DNA of 64,000 nt from Candidatus Undinarchaeota archaeon. GTDB taxonomy: Archaea; Undinarchaeota; Undinarchaeia; Undinarchaeales; UBA543. A program made the translations under genes and the position numbers. The first letter of the stretch is position 1, and the number at the start of each line of letters is the position of its first letter. Where the stretch lies: contig CAZWSR010000001.1 of NCBI GenBank assembly GCA_964636545.1, positions 1-64,000 on the forward strand. The letters are read 5' to 3'. A model generated the notes under the pieces. That model searched no databases. It was not told where the DNA came from and saw only the letters and a list, made by a program, of their open reading frames with translations. Positions 37,123 to 47,916 of the stretch are shown in pieces.

Positions 37123-37746
37123 TTATGGTGGGAATGGTGGAGGTGGCAGCTCAGCTGATCCCTGTTGTCGGTTTACTTGACCAGGTGCAGGTGGCGCAGG
37201 TGGAGCTCCTTGAGGAGCTGCTGGCGGACCTCGCGGAATTCCAGTTGGAGGCGGTAATTGTCTCATTGGCATTCGTCTTTGAACTGGCCTTCCAGCTGAT
37301 GAAAGTAATTTGGCGATTTTCGTATTATTTGCATTCATTGTGTCAATTGATGATTTCAGGTTGTTTATTGCATCGAGTGTATCGTCAGAAGATTCGTCTC
37401 CACCAAGTGATTCTGTTGCTTGTGCGAAAAATGTAACTACTTTAGATAGTTTGGCTGATAATTCCTCATTTGCGTGGTTCATGTGGTCAATTGCTTCTTG
37501 AATTTTGCTTGCAACTGCGTGGTTTGATTCTGCAACTTGCTCAACCATTTTCTGGGAAGACTCCATTAAACCAAGCATTTTTTGAATAAATCCATCTGCA
37601 TTTGTCTCAAGTTTTGAAAGTCCAACAGTGCCCCTGAGTGCGTTTTTGATTTCTTTAATGTCATCTTCAAGAGATAGATGCTTCTTCTGAAGCTTAGAAA
37701 CAGGATCCACCGGGACTATCTCGTACATTTGTGATTTCTCAGGCAT
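37123..37746 (-). CDS. Coiled-coil protein with Pro-rich tail (first gene of the pilus operon)
   Basis: YEIVPVDP..KL, heptad-rich middle, PPAAPQGAPPAPP tail. Confidence 0.7.
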   Translation of the reverse strand: MPEKSQMYEIVPVDPVSKLQKKHLSLEDDIKEIKNALRGTVGLSKLETNADGFIQKMLGLMESSQKMVEQVAESNHAVASKIQEAIDHMNHANEELSAKLSKVVTFFAQATESLGGDESSDDTLDAINNLKSSIDTMNANNTKIAKLLSSAGRPVQRRMPMRQLPPPTGIPRGPPAAPQGAPPAPPAPGQVNRQQGSAELPPPPFPP

Positions 37747-37832
37747 TTGGTATCAAAACCAAATAAGCGAACAGGGTATTTAAAGGTTTTTAGGAGTATT
37801 ATTCAAGATATTTCAAAAATAAAGAAATAGAA

Positions 37833-40409
37833 TCAACCAAGTGGTTTCTGTTTGTTTAGATCTTTGTATTTATTTTCAATGAATTCGCGCATGTGTTTGC
37901 TTTTAACGCCTGTAATATTAGTTCGAATAATACTCGTAAGCTTCCAATCACTATATGGGCGTAGGTTATTTGGAAGTCCCTTGCTTCCTTTTTTAAAAGA
38001 ATCCAAGAATTTTGGTTTATCCTCGTTGAAATGATAAACCATTCTGAAGACAATATCTAGTGCTTCCCTCCTATTTGGGCGGGCTTTTGCAACAGCTAGA
38101 AGCTTTTTAACAAGGTCCTTCTGTTTTTCAATATCTTCAATACTATCTATTGTAGTTTTTATGTCAATTCGAAGTTCAATAATTGATAATTTAGAATAAT
38201 CAAAATCTTTCAAATCAGCCTCTTGTCGGGCAATATTCAATAACTTTTCAAGAATTATTCTCTTGAAACTAGGAACCAATATAGGAAGTTTAACTTCTTC
38301 AGAAATTAAGGAGATGTTTTGATACATGCGAGTCCAGTAATCTTCGTGCCCCATTCGAGTCCCAAACCCATCCCAGAACCGTTCAGCAAATAAATTCTTT
38401 TGGAGAGTTTTTGCTTCTTTGATATTCTTTTTAATTATATGAGCTGTTCTTTTATGATATTCTTCTGCCATTTTCATGAAAAAAGTAGAAAGATACTCAT
38501 TATCTTCTGTGAGTTTTTTCTTAAATTGATTTTTTTCAAAATTAATACTTTCAATATGTAGAAGTACAAGATCATCAGAAGATAGCTTCTTTATTTTTTT
38601 GTCTGAAAAGTTACATTTAGAGTCATTAAGTTCTGACCTTAAATTAGACACTTTGTTTTGAGAATGTTTCTTTTCTCTGAGCTCTTCGATCTGATCTCGG
38701 AGGTTTTTTCGTTTTTTCCTTAACTTATCCTCTCGCAGAGACTCGAGTCTTTCTTCAGCATCGTTAAGAAATATTCTTCTTTCAGAAGAATCAGTACCTT
38801 TTTGAGAGAATAATTGATTGAGCTCATGAATAATTGAATCAAAACGCGCAATAAGTTTTTCTTTAATGTGTTTTATTAGAAAAACAGGGAGCTGTTCTTT
38901 TTTTAATTGTTTGATATAATCATCAATTTCGTCAATAGGGTAATCTTCATAATTATCAGGCTCCATTTTCTTCCAACTTTTAATTTTTTTAAGACGTTCA
39001 ATCCAAAATCCATAAAAATTACTTTCAAGAATACTTTTTGCCTCGTCATCCAAATCTTTCAGAAAAGAATTAACAATTTCTTTTTGGTACTTTTTTATTG
39101 CATGAGGAAAATATTTTTCCATTTCATCCATTCTCTGAGCCGCTAGATGTTCACCCGGTAAAGTATTGAGATAAAATGGCCATTTATAGCGAAGACAAAG
39201 AATAACACTAAAAGTATCAATCGGAATCTTACTCTCCCAATGTAATTTTTCCTTTGCAAGAGATAGGTAGTCAGATTTACAATCAATTGTCCGGAGCTTT
39301 AGAAGAACATTATCAAGACGTTTCCCATAATCAATAGTTTTCTCAACTGCAAGAACACCGATTGAATCAATGATGTCACCATCCTGTGCGATTTTTCCTT
39401 CGAGGGTGTCTGGCACAACAGCTTTTTCGTCATGTATCATAACAAATTGAACAATATCTTTAATCCATTCTGAAGGATATCCCATCATAAGGAAATACCA
39501 AAACATATCCCTTGGGCCAGTTTGATGCGATTTAGAACCAGATTGTAATTTTTTTCTAAATTTAATATGAGACTCTAACAAATATACGTGTTGTAGAATT
39601 TCGGCACGATACTCGTGCGGGAAACCCCTCATGAGAGTATGAACCTTTTTTAATTCCATTAATGATTTTTTTTCTAATTTGTCTTTATCCCGACGAGAAG
39701 TGTCTGGGTGACTTGCAGTTTTCATTGCTTCTTCAACCTCAAAAAGAGACTTCTGCAAAGTCCAGCGTTTTTCAGGAGAAGGAAGATAGAGATCTGTTGT
39801 ATATTCAAGAATAGAATGAGATCGCCTCATTTTAACATACCTTTTTTCATTGAGTTCAATGATTTTATGAATAAGCATACCTGCACCACGTCGTGGTTTC
39901 CCAATAACCCAATTCCAAAAATACATTTTCCCAGCATCATAAGGATTCATGAAAACATCAGTAATTCTCCAAAAGTCGTGAATTCCAGCCATAAGATAAG
40001 TGAGGTGTTGGTTAAGTGATTCTCCAGATTTATTTTCAATTAGAAGTCTTTTTTTCTTGTCAAAAGTGGTTGACAGTTCACCCATAATTTGTTGACAAAT
40101 CTCCAGAACGCGATGGGTGTGTTCAGCCCCATGTGTAAAATCAAAAAACTGTTTGTCAAAAAACTTCTCGTAAACAGTTCCTTTGGAATCTTTTTTGAGT
40201 TGTTCATATTTTTTATGAAGAAATTGATATTGCTTAAAATCCATTGGCCAGATATAATCATCAAGATTTGACCAAGGTTCGTTATGAGTTGGACCATAAA
40301 AACCAGAACAAAAACCTTTTTGTTTGGGTAAAGAATCTTCTAGGTTTGGATCAAATTTTGGATTAAGTTTATCCTTCAAAAACCCTTTTCCAGGAAATTC
40401 CTTTGACAT
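37833..40409 (-). CDS. Large HD-domain protein with insertion and C-terminal coiled coil
   Basis: HGAEHTHRV...AGIHDF...IHD...EGKIAQDGDIIDSIG. Confidence 0.75.
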   Translation of the reverse strand: MSKEFPGKGFLKDKLNPKFDPNLEDSLPKQKGFCSGFYGPTHNEPWSNLDDYIWPMDFKQYQFLHKKYEQLKKDSKGTVYEKFFDKQFFDFTHGAEHTHRVLEICQQIMGELSTTFDKKKRLLIENKSGESLNQHLTYLMAGIHDFWRITDVFMNPYDAGKMYFWNWVIGKPRRGAGMLIHKIIELNEKRYVKMRRSHSILEYTTDLYLPSPEKRWTLQKSLFEVEEAMKTASHPDTSRRDKDKLEKKSLMELKKVHTLMRGFPHEYRAEILQHVYLLESHIKFRKKLQSGSKSHQTGPRDMFWYFLMMGYPSEWIKDIVQFVMIHDEKAVVPDTLEGKIAQDGDIIDSIGVLAVEKTIDYGKRLDNVLLKLRTIDCKSDYLSLAKEKLHWESKIPIDTFSVILCLRYKWPFYLNTLPGEHLAAQRMDEMEKYFPHAIKKYQKEIVNSFLKDLDDEAKSILESNFYGFWIERLKKIKSWKKMEPDNYEDYPIDEIDDYIKQLKKEQLPVFLIKHIKEKLIARFDSIIHELNQLFSQKGTDSSERRIFLNDAEERLESLREDKLRKKRKNLRDQIEELREKKHSQNKVSNLRSELNDSKCNFSDKKIKKLSSDDLVLLHIESINFEKNQFKKKLTEDNEYLSTFFMKMAEEYHKRTAHIIKKNIKEAKTLQKNLFAERFWDGFGTRMGHEDYWTRMYQNISLISEEVKLPILVPSFKRIILEKLLNIARQEADLKDFDYSKLSIIELRIDIKTTIDSIEDIEKQKDLVKKLLAVAKARPNRREALDIVFRMVYHFNEDKPKFLDSFKKGSKGLPNNLRPYSDWKLTSIIRTNITGVKSKHMREFIENKYKDLNKQKPLG

Positions 40410-40503
40410 AAAAAATCTATGGTTTTATATGCTTTTATAATTTACTAGAGAGAAAATAAGCAGGCACCAGTTTTTACACTAGTACCCAAAGATTAGTTTT
40501 TTA

Positions 40504-42159
40504 TTACATCATTCCTGGCATGCCACCCATTCCTGGAGGCATTCCCGGAGGCATTGCTGGTGCTCCGCCACCTGAACTTCCTTTGGAACTGATAACATCA
40601 TCAATTCGCAAAATCATTTCAGCTGCTTCGGAAGCTGATTTAATTGCCTGTGTCTTGATTTTCAGAGGCTCAATAACGCCTTCTGCTTTCATATCTTTTG
40701 TAGTGTTTGCGAAAACATCAAGACCCATGTATTTACCATCTGCTTGTTCGTGACTTGAGCGCAATTCAACAAGCTTGTCAATTGAATCAAGTCCAGCATT
40801 CTCTGCAAGAGTTCGTGGAATTACTTCAATTGCTTCTGCAAATGCATTCATTGCAAGCTGTTCTCGGCCAGAGACCTTTTCTGCAGCTTCCTTGAGTGCT
40901 TTTGCAAGCTCGATTTCAATTGCTCCGCCACCAGCAACTACTTTGCCGGTTTCAAGAGATGCAGCTACTCCGCCAATTGCGTCTTGAAGAGCACGCTCGA
41001 CTTCGTCAACCACATGTTCAGTTCCGCCTCTTACAAGTACAGAAACTGCTTTTGGAGAAACACAATCAGTTATGAAGACCATTGAGTCTCCGCCGATTTT
41101 CTTCTCTTCAACAGTTCCAGCATTTCCAAGGTCGTCAGCTGAAAGGTCAGCAATGTTAGAAACAAGTTTTCCACTAGTTGCACGTGCAAGTTTCTCCATA
41201 TCGCTTTTCTTAACTCTGCGAGTTGCGAATATTCCTGCTTTTGACAAAAAGTGCTGTGCAAGATCATCAATACCTTTCTGGCAGAACAATACTGTTGCGC
41301 CTGAGGCCTTGATAGACTCTACCATTTTCTTCAACATTCCTTCTTCGTGGTCAAGGAATCCCTGAAGCTGAGTTGGGTCATTAATATTGTATTTTGCATC
41401 AGTTTCTGTCTTTTTGATTTCAAGAGCAGCATCAACAAGTGCGATTTTTGCAGCTGAAACCTTTTTTGGCATTCCAGAATGCACACGCTCTTTGTCAATA
41501 ATCAATCCTTTGATAAGTTCAGAATCGTCAATTGAGCCGCCTTCTTTTTTCTCTAATTTAATATTGTCTTGGTCAATTGAAAATTTTCCTTCAGTGTCAT
41601 CAGAAACCATAAGAACAGAGTCCACTGCAAGTTTTGCAAGTGATTCTCGTGCCCTTTCTGCTGATTTTCCAGTCATGGCAGTCATTGCGATTTTTTCAAG
41701 AGTTGATGTGTCATCTCTTGAAATTGTGTCTGCAGTTGATTCAAGGAATTTCTGAGCTTCAGTGTTTGCCATGCGGTATCCGCGAGCAACAACTGTTGGG
41801 TGAATATCCATATCCAAAAGATCCTCAGCTTTCTTTAAAAGTTCGCCAGCAATTACAACAGCAGTTGTAGTACCGTCGCCAACTTCATCTTCCTGAGCTT
41901 TGGAAACTTCAACTAGCATTTTTGCAGCTGGGTGTTGAATATCCATCTCTTTTAGAATAGTAGCACCGTCATTTGTGATGACAATGTCGCCCATAGAATC
42001 GACAAGCATCTTGTCCATTCCTTTTGGGCCTAGTGTTGAGCGAACTGCTTCACCGACAATTCTGCCAGCCATGATATTCATGCGCTGAGCATCTCGTCCG
42101 CGAGTCCTGTTCGCCTTGTCTGACATAATTACGATTGGTTGTCCTGTTAGTTGTGTCAT
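40504..42159 (-). CDS. ths: Thermosome (group II chaperonin) subunit
   Basis: [33 protein letters not shown]-terminal GGM repeats. Confidence 0.98.
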   Translation of the reverse strand: MTQLTGQPIVIMSDKANRTRGRDAQRMNIMAGRIVGEAVRSTLGPKGMDKMLVDSMGDIVITNDGATILKEMDIQHPAAKMLVEVSKAQEDEVGDGTTTAVVIAGELLKKAEDLLDMDIHPTVVARGYRMANTEAQKFLESTADTISRDDTSTLEKIAMTAMTGKSAERARESLAKLAVDSVLMVSDDTEGKFSIDQDNIKLEKKEGGSIDDSELIKGLIIDKERVHSGMPKKVSAAKIALVDAALEIKKTETDAKYNINDPTQLQGFLDHEEGMLKKMVESIKASGATVLFCQKGIDDLAQHFLSKAGIFATRRVKKSDMEKLARATSGKLVSNIADLSADDLGNAGTVEEKKIGGDSMVFITDCVSPKAVSVLVRGGTEHVVDEVERALQDAIGGVAASLETGKVVAGGGAIEIELAKALKEAAEKVSGREQLAMNAFAEAIEVIPRTLAENAGLDSIDKLVELRSSHEQADGKYMGLDVFANTTKDMKAEGVIEPLKIKTQAIKSASEAAEMILRIDDVISSKGSSGGGAPAMPPGMPPGMGGMPGMM

Positions 42160-42287
42160 TTTAGTTTATCCTATTGGTGAAGGTGCTCCGTGTATCCGGG
42201 GCGCAGGGGCTCCGAAACTCAGAAAACCATTTAAATCCCACCAATTAGTGTGTTGGCTCTATTAGAACTGGTATTTAAGTGTTATGG

Positions 42288-43154
42288 TTAAGAAAGAGTG
42301 ACTTCATCCCTACCTTCAATAACTCTGCAAGCTTTTGTGAATAAGATTAAAATAGGAAAATTGAACTCTTCCATAACAGACATAATTCTGCGAAACTCAT
42401 CACTTTTTTTCAAAATTCTTTCCAAATCATCTATTTTTCTTTCTTCCAATCCCCCTACTTCTTTGAAATAATCTAATTTATCAAGCTCTACAACAAACCA
42501 AGCAAGATGTTCTAGACATTTCCTGCGGTTTTCTTTTCCCTTATTTTCTGGGAAAGTATGAGAATCGAGTTTTTTCTTTAATTTTAGGAAATCTTTACTG
42601 ATCTCTTTTACTTCTTCTTCACCGAAATTGAAAACAGCATTAAAGCAAAGTTTTGATGCTTTGAAAAAATTATCAAGTTGAATTTGTGGAGAGTTTTTCG
42701 GCCTTTCTAAATATTTTTTAGCAAGAACGAATTTTATAACATCCTCACCAATGCTTGAAAGTGCCTTAAGTCGCTCCTTGTCATGCCCCCATTTTTGTGG
42801 AATAACTAGTCTTTCCCTTAATTCAGTATCAATGAAATGTTTCCTAAGCCATTCTGGAAGGCAGAACTGATTCTTTTTACTGCCTGAAGAGAATTCAACC
42901 ACACAACCTAATTGAATAAGTTTTTCCATACACCGTCGCTTTTGCTTCTTGATTGCCAGTGACCTAGGATCACCAGAAATAGGTATGTCTCGGTTAGAGA
43001 TGACAGAAATATTATCAAACTTTTTAGAGATATATAAACTGAGTTGTTTTTCAATTAATGACTCAAATGCATAGCGAATGGAATATGAAAAACCTTCAGC
43101 TTCACTTATAGTAATTTTCTTTATTAATCTTTTGATTTCTTTATTTGATGTCAT
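42288..43154 (-). CDS. Hypothetical protein (AT-rich orphan)
   Basis: 288-aa ORF; TAATG coupling with the upstream gene. Confidence 0.6.
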   Translation of the reverse strand: MTSNKEIKRLIKKITISEAEGFSYSIRYAFESLIEKQLSLYISKKFDNISVISNRDIPISGDPRSLAIKKQKRRCMEKLIQLGCVVEFSSGSKKNQFCLPEWLRKHFIDTELRERLVIPQKWGHDKERLKALSSIGEDVIKFVLAKKYLERPKNSPQIQLDNFFKASKLCFNAVFNFGEEEVKEISKDFLKLKKKLDSHTFPENKGKENRRKCLEHLAWFVVELDKLDYFKEVGGLEERKIDDLERILKKSDEFRRIMSVMEEFNFPILILFTKACRVIEGRDEVTLS

Positions 43155-43711
43155 TACTTCTTCACAGTATCCTGTACTTTCTTCATTCCTATCCAAACAA
43201 CAATCACTAACTCAAGGCCGAGTAGGATAACCCTTGTCCACTTACCCAAATCCCCAAATACACGCATTGTTATCTGAATCATGGTTAGGATTCCAGCAAG
43301 CAAAGAACCGCCTGCCATTGCATCAAGGCGAGTTGGCAGGTAAAGACCGAGAATTATTAATAATAAACCAATAGGTGCAGTGATGAAGAACAGGTTCTTG
43401 TTATATTTTTCAAATACACTTCGGAAATCCTTCTGGCAATAATCACATATCTCTTCTGACACGCAACCGTTCTCGTCATACTCATATCTTATTGCCCCGC
43501 CAGCTTCAATACATTCCTTCTGCATTACAGGATCATAAGTAAAATCACATAAATCAGTGTTAGCAGTCATTGGTTTGACTGATTCAAATCTCCCGTATTT
43601 ACAATAATCATCATGTTCAGGACTTTCGTAGATAGCTTCTATTAGAAATCCGACAAATAGTGCGGCAAGCACACCAATGCCAATTGCAAGAAAGATTTTC
43701 TTTAGTTTCAT
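43154..43711 (-). CDS. Membrane protein with Cys-rich external loop
   Basis: TM, YESPEHDDYC...C...C..C loop, three C-terminal TMs. Confidence 0.7.
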   Translation of the reverse strand: MKLKKIFLAIGIGVLAALFVGFLIEAIYESPEHDDYCKYGRFESVKPMTANTDLCDFTYDPVMQKECIEAGGAIRYEYDENGCVSEEICDYCQKDFRSVFEKYNKNLFFITAPIGLLLIILGLYLPTRLDAMAGGSLLAGILTMIQITMRVFGDLGKWTRVILLGLELVIVVWIGMKKVQDTVKK

Positions 43712-43755
43712 AAATATTGTTAGGTTTTAGGAGTTTTTAAAATGTGCGAAAGAGG

Positions 43756-46119
43756 TTATTCTTCTCTAAACTCGCCTTTTTCAGAATCCCAAACTGGATC
43801 AGGAATAGATGTTTCTGCTAAGCAATATGGTTGAGCTTTTACAGATGTTGGTTTTTCAAACAAACCCTTTATTTTTTTCCTTCCAGCAAATAATGAAACA
43901 CATACAATTATCAAAAGAACAAGAATTGCAGAAACAGTTCTTATTTGACCGCCAAAGAAACTAACAAAACCAGTTGGACCAGTTGAAATATCACTACTAG
44001 TATCTTCTTCAATTAATTCTGGTTCAGGTGTTTCATCAATTAATTCAGGAACTTCAGGTTCTGGTGCAGGCTCTGGTTCAGGTTTTGACTCGGGTTCTTT
44101 TACTTTTTTAAGTGGTGAGCGTGGAACAGAGCCACCTCCGCCATAATATCTTCGCTCTTCTTCAACAACAACATAATCCATTTCAACAACTGCTGAATGT
44201 GTTAATCCACTAACAGTGTAATAAGTAGAGTGATCAGTACAGGTGTAATCTCCATCTTGGATACCGTCACACAGAACTTTTGTTTCAGCCTGGCCAGTAC
44301 ATGAAACATTGTCAACTTCGCTAATGTTTGCAACTTCTGCATCCTTTATGCACACATAATTCCAGCCGCCAATCTTGTCAAGGCGGATAGTTTTTTTCTG
44401 GCCTGAAGACATATTCAAATTTTTCACAATTACGAAACCACTGTTGCCATTGTCTTCCTGCTTCTCTATTTCAACACCACCAAGATATAAATTCTTTTCA
44501 GAGAAGTTGAAATCAAAAGAAAGAACACTGGTGTTGTTAGAAGTGAATTTGACATTATACACACCACTCACATTCTGACCATCGCCGATTTGGTCACCAT
44601 TAGAATCTGTAATGTTCATAGACACATTCTCAAGATTTGAAGACACATTTCCAACTACAGTGTGATTTCCAGGAGCTGAAAGAGTTCGGACAGTGCTAGT
44701 GGAACTGTAGCTGCTGTAGCCAGTTGAATTTGCAGATTTTATCACAATTGTATGGTAGGAATCATCAAGAAGATTAGTTGCATTGTAACTTAGGCCGCTT
44801 GTATTCTGTTGGAAAACATCATTTATCCAGATTTCAAAATGGTCAGGATTTCCAGAAGTTGAGTTAGCCCAATTCCAAATGACCCAGCTTGAATTAGTTT
44901 CGCCAGATGTGAGATTCTCAACTGGTGGAAGTGGCTCTTCGCCAATAAAGTATGTTGAGAATCCTGGAGCTGAGAATTTGAAATTATTAGAATCATCAAT
45001 TATAGTGCAGCCATCTACTTCTCTGCATGGTGAATTGTCCTTGAAAACTGATTTTAAGTGGAAATTGTACTGGCCTGTGTCCTTGATAGTGACTTCAGCT
45101 TGGTAATTAAGCTCAGGTAAGGAAGTTGTATTTACAAAAATACTATTTGCAGAAAATGTGAGATTTGTGCCAAGACCCATGTTTGAAAGTACAGATATTT
45201 CGTTGGATGAGTCATTCCACATAACAGTTCCGTGCTCGTTTTCATATATTAGAGCATTTGCTCTGTTCCCGCCGTTTGTCTCATTTACGCTTCCCCTTGG
45301 GTTGCTTTGGAAAAGATTGTTTGTGAGAGTATTGTAAACACTATAATCATTGAAAACAATTGCTGGACCTGTGCTGTTGCTAATATTATTATTTGATATG
45401 CGACCCTGACTAGAAGAAAGTATAGCATAAATACCCCAGTGGTTGTTGTCTAAATAATTATTTGATATTGTAGTATTGTTAGTGTGGCTGACTAGGTAGA
45501 TGCCAGAAGGTGCGAGATAAGTATTTCCTTCGTATGAGGCCCTATGCCCAGTTATAATATTATAAGTAACTATATTGTTTCTTGACTTGTAAACATTTAC
45601 ACCATCATTTCGATTGTCAAGTATGGTGTTGTTTGTTACAATATTGTTATTAGAGAGATAATCCAGAGAAATACCGTGTTGAGTGTTCTGCTTGACCACA
45701 TTCTTTTCAATTAAATTGCTGTCAGAAGTTTTAATAAAAATTCCACGATCAACATTATTCTGAACAGTGTTGTTTAAAATTGTATTTCCATAATTGCTTT
45801 TTGCAGTTATCCCATACCCGTATTTCTGCACAACACAATTCTGCACAATTACATTGTTCACATTAGGCTGGATATAGATTCCATATGATCCAGAGGAATT
45901 GCTACCGATTATTGTGCTTCGATTGCAATCAAGAGTTATTCCGCTTGTTACAATGTTTATAGCAACATAGCCTGAGCTAACATTCATCTCGTAAGTATCA
46001 AGACAAAGAGTAGTTGACTGATTAATACTGGTCTGATTCAGTCCAGACAGGTCTGTACATGCGTTAACAGGAACTGCCAGTGTTAAGAAGATTATCGCTA
46101 CTAATAGTAATTTTTTCAT
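43756..46119 (-). CDS. Surface protein: right-handed beta-helix (NosD/CASH) plus FN3-like domains and TM anchor
   Basis: Signal peptide, ITLDCN, repeated GI...SN.N.I..N strands, CIKDAE motif, PE-rich linker, TM. Confidence 0.85.
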   Translation of the reverse strand: MKKLLLVAIIFLTLAVPVNACTDLSGLNQTSINQSTTLCLDTYEMNVSSGYVAINIVTSGITLDCNRSTIIGSNSSGSYGIYIQPNVNNVIVQNCVVQKYGYGITAKSNYGNTILNNTVQNNVDRGIFIKTSDSNLIEKNVVKQNTQHGISLDYLSNNNIVTNNTILDNRNDGVNVYKSRNNIVTYNIITGHRASYEGNTYLAPSGIYLVSHTNNTTISNNYLDNNHWGIYAILSSSQGRISNNNISNSTGPAIVFNDYSVYNTLTNNLFQSNPRGSVNETNGGNRANALIYENEHGTVMWNDSSNEISVLSNMGLGTNLTFSANSIFVNTTSLPELNYQAEVTIKDTGQYNFHLKSVFKDNSPCREVDGCTIIDDSNNFKFSAPGFSTYFIGEEPLPPVENLTSGETNSSWVIWNWANSTSGNPDHFEIWINDVFQQNTSGLSYNATNLLDDSYHTIVIKSANSTGYSSYSSTSTVRTLSAPGNHTVVGNVSSNLENVSMNITDSNGDQIGDGQNVSGVYNVKFTSNNTSVLSFDFNFSEKNLYLGGVEIEKQEDNGNSGFVIVKNLNMSSGQKKTIRLDKIGGWNYVCIKDAEVANISEVDNVSCTGQAETKVLCDGIQDGDYTCTDHSTYYTVSGLTHSAVVEMDYVVVEEERRYYGGGGSVPRSPLKKVKEPESKPEPEPAPEPEVPELIDETPEPELIEEDTSSDISTGPTGFVSFFGGQIRTVSAILVLLIIVCVSLFAGRKKIKGLFEKPTSVKAQPYCLAETSIPDPVWDSEKGEFREE

Positions 46120-46172
46120 TTCCCCACCAAGGAGATATGGCGTATAATATGGTATTTAAACCTTAGCTTTCT

Positions 46173-47297
46173 TTAAACAAAACCAAATAGCATTGCTAAT
46201 CCAAGGAGAAGAATCACGATTCCAGCAACTAAGTGCAACCATTTGATGTTTTTGTCTTTCCAGCCAGTAACATCATCAACTTTCTTCATTCCGAAGTAAA
46301 CAAGAAGTGTTACAACTACCATTGGAAGAACGAATATTATATTGTATAAGATAAGCCATGGAAGAGATTTTACCCAAGCAAGTCCGGACAGAATGTTTCC
46401 AACAACTAAGTAAGGACCAATTGTGCATGGAAGAAGGAAGAGAGTGACGAAAATACCTATGATGAATGCGCCACCAGGACTTGTAATACTAGAGATTACT
46501 TTTTTCATCATTGGTCGGAATCTAACAGGCATTTCAATTGCAAAAGAACCAGATTTGTGCTTGAAAAAGTCTTTGAGGTTTAGAATTCCAATTAGAATAG
46601 CTAATGCAGCAAATAAGGTTCTGACATATGAGCCAATAAATGCAAATGAAGTTTGTATGAATTTAAAGAATTGGATTATTATTCCACCATAAATCATGTA
46701 TGTAATGAAAACAGCTGAAATGAAAGCAAAACCGCCAAGCAGAACCCTTTTCTTTTTTGTAGGATCATGAGCAAGAAGAGCAATTAGTGCAAGTGCTAAA
46801 ACTGCTAAAGCACATGGGTTAAGTGAATCTGCAAATGCCAGAATCATTACAGAAGCGAATGTTACTTTTTCTTTTTGGATATCCTTAGCTTTGCACAGTT
46901 TAACTGTTTCAAGAGGTGAATCGCAGCATTCTTCATTAATACACGAGTCGATTTTTTGAAGAATTGCAGGAGCAGTTGAGGATTCGCTGAAACCAATGAA
47001 CACTTGATCATCCACAAATATCATTGGAACGCCTTTGAAACTTTCACCATATTCTTTAGCCATTTGAATGGCTAGTTCGCGGTTTTCCTCATTTGAATAT
47101 ACTTCATAACCAACAGGATTTATTGAATAATCATCTTTGATTTCATCAAGCCATTCTTCAAAATTCTGGCAGTGAGGGCAGGAAGAACCATAGAAGTAGA
47201 CGATGTCGATTGGATCTTGCTGTGCAAATGCTGATGGAGCAATTATGCTGAATAATGCTAGGAATAAGAGTAATATTGAAACCTTTTTGAATGCCAT
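46173..47297 (-). CDS. Thioredoxin/glutaredoxin-like domain fused to a CcdA/DsbD-like membrane domain
   Basis: FYGSSCPHC, GVP; ADSLNPCA, LPCTIGPY, YNIIFVLP. Confidence 0.88.
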   Translation of the reverse strand: MAFKKVSILLLFLALFSIIAPSAFAQQDPIDIVYFYGSSCPHCQNFEEWLDEIKDDYSINPVGYEVYSNEENRELAIQMAKEYGESFKGVPMIFVDDQVFIGFSESSTAPAILQKIDSCINEECCDSPLETVKLCKAKDIQKEKVTFASVMILAFADSLNPCALAVLALALIALLAHDPTKKKRVLLGGFAFISAVFITYMIYGGIIIQFFKFIQTSFAFIGSYVRTLFAALAILIGILNLKDFFKHKSGSFAIEMPVRFRPMMKKVISSITSPGGAFIIGIFVTLFLLPCTIGPYLVVGNILSGLAWVKSLPWLILYNIIFVLPMVVVTLLVYFGMKKVDDVTGWKDKNIKWLHLVAGIVILLLGLAMLFGFV

Positions 47298-47321
47298 TAT
47301 CAATTGGAAGTGTTTGTTGTC

Positions 47322-47476
47322 TTTTAAAGGTTATGATAGGATGAATTCCGGCGAGCGCGCACTTATCCAACTAAGGATTAATGTGCGCAAGCCACACTGC
47401 TTCAGCTACAAAGCTGATAACCTGCTGAATGCAGTCAAGCGCGCCGCCTGAGCTTGCAGGCGTTTTAAAGGTTATG
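47322..47476. mobile_element. Hairpin-rich non-coding element flanked by 14-bp direct repeats
   Basis: TTTTAAAGGTTATG at 47322 and 47463; internal GCGAGCGCGCACTT..AATGTGCGCAAGCCA shared with 13127-13170. Confidence 0.65.
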
Positions 47477-47807
47477 GAGTTGCAAAATAGCGCTGACTTA
47501 TTCGCTCTTGCGGTTTTCGATACTCTCGTTCTCGACATTTTCCACCTTCAATGCGAATTCCACGGCCTGAAACAAGTGCATCTGTTATTTTTGAATGCGC
47601 TGTGCTGAGTATTCTATGGAAAGTTGATTGAGAAATACTCATTTTCTTGCATGCTTCACGTTGATCAAGTTTTTCAAAATGCTTGAGACGCATTGATTCA
47701 AACTCGTCAATAGTAATAGAAATTGGTTCATTCCAGTATGAGCCATGGGGACGAAAGTCTGTGTATTTGGGAGTTCGGGAAATCACACGCTTGCGTCTTG
47801 GCTTCAT
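47472..47807 (-). CDS. DUF134 (UPF0251) DNA-binding protein
   Basis: MKPRRKR, F.P.G, DEFESMRL...LDQ.EA..M.ISQSTF.RIL..A..KI.DALV.G..I.IEGG. Confidence 0.92.
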   Translation of the reverse strand: MKPRRKRVISRTPKYTDFRPHGSYWNEPISITIDEFESMRLKHFEKLDQREACKKMSISQSTFHRILSTAHSKITDALVSGRGIRIEGGKCREREYRKPQERISQRYFATP

Positions 47808-47815
47808 GTATGTTT

Positions 47816-47829
47816 TGAATATATATTCA
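47816..47829. promoter_or_regulatory. Putative operator palindrome
   Basis: TGAATATATATTCA between the TATA box and the DUF134 start. Confidence 0.55.
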
Positions 47830-47916
47830 TAGGATATTTAAAAGTATGTATTTGGAGGTTAATTAGTTGCCATATAGAAGAAAAAGGATAAAAAGGAAGA
47901 AACACTATTAAAAAAC

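Noticed and set aside
28824-37746. Archaellum (motility) operon
   Set aside because: No FlaH/FlaF/FlaG-like genes are in the cluster, and two TadC-like platform genes plus multiple minor pilins fit an adhesive or uptake type IV pilus.
19353-42286. 14-bp match ATTTAAGTGTTATG at 19353 and 42273 as an insertion boundary
   Set aside because: The copies are 23 kb apart and each sits at a promoter position. This shows BRE/TATA consensus alone can give 14-bp matches, which is a caveat for the TATA-type direct repeats reported above.
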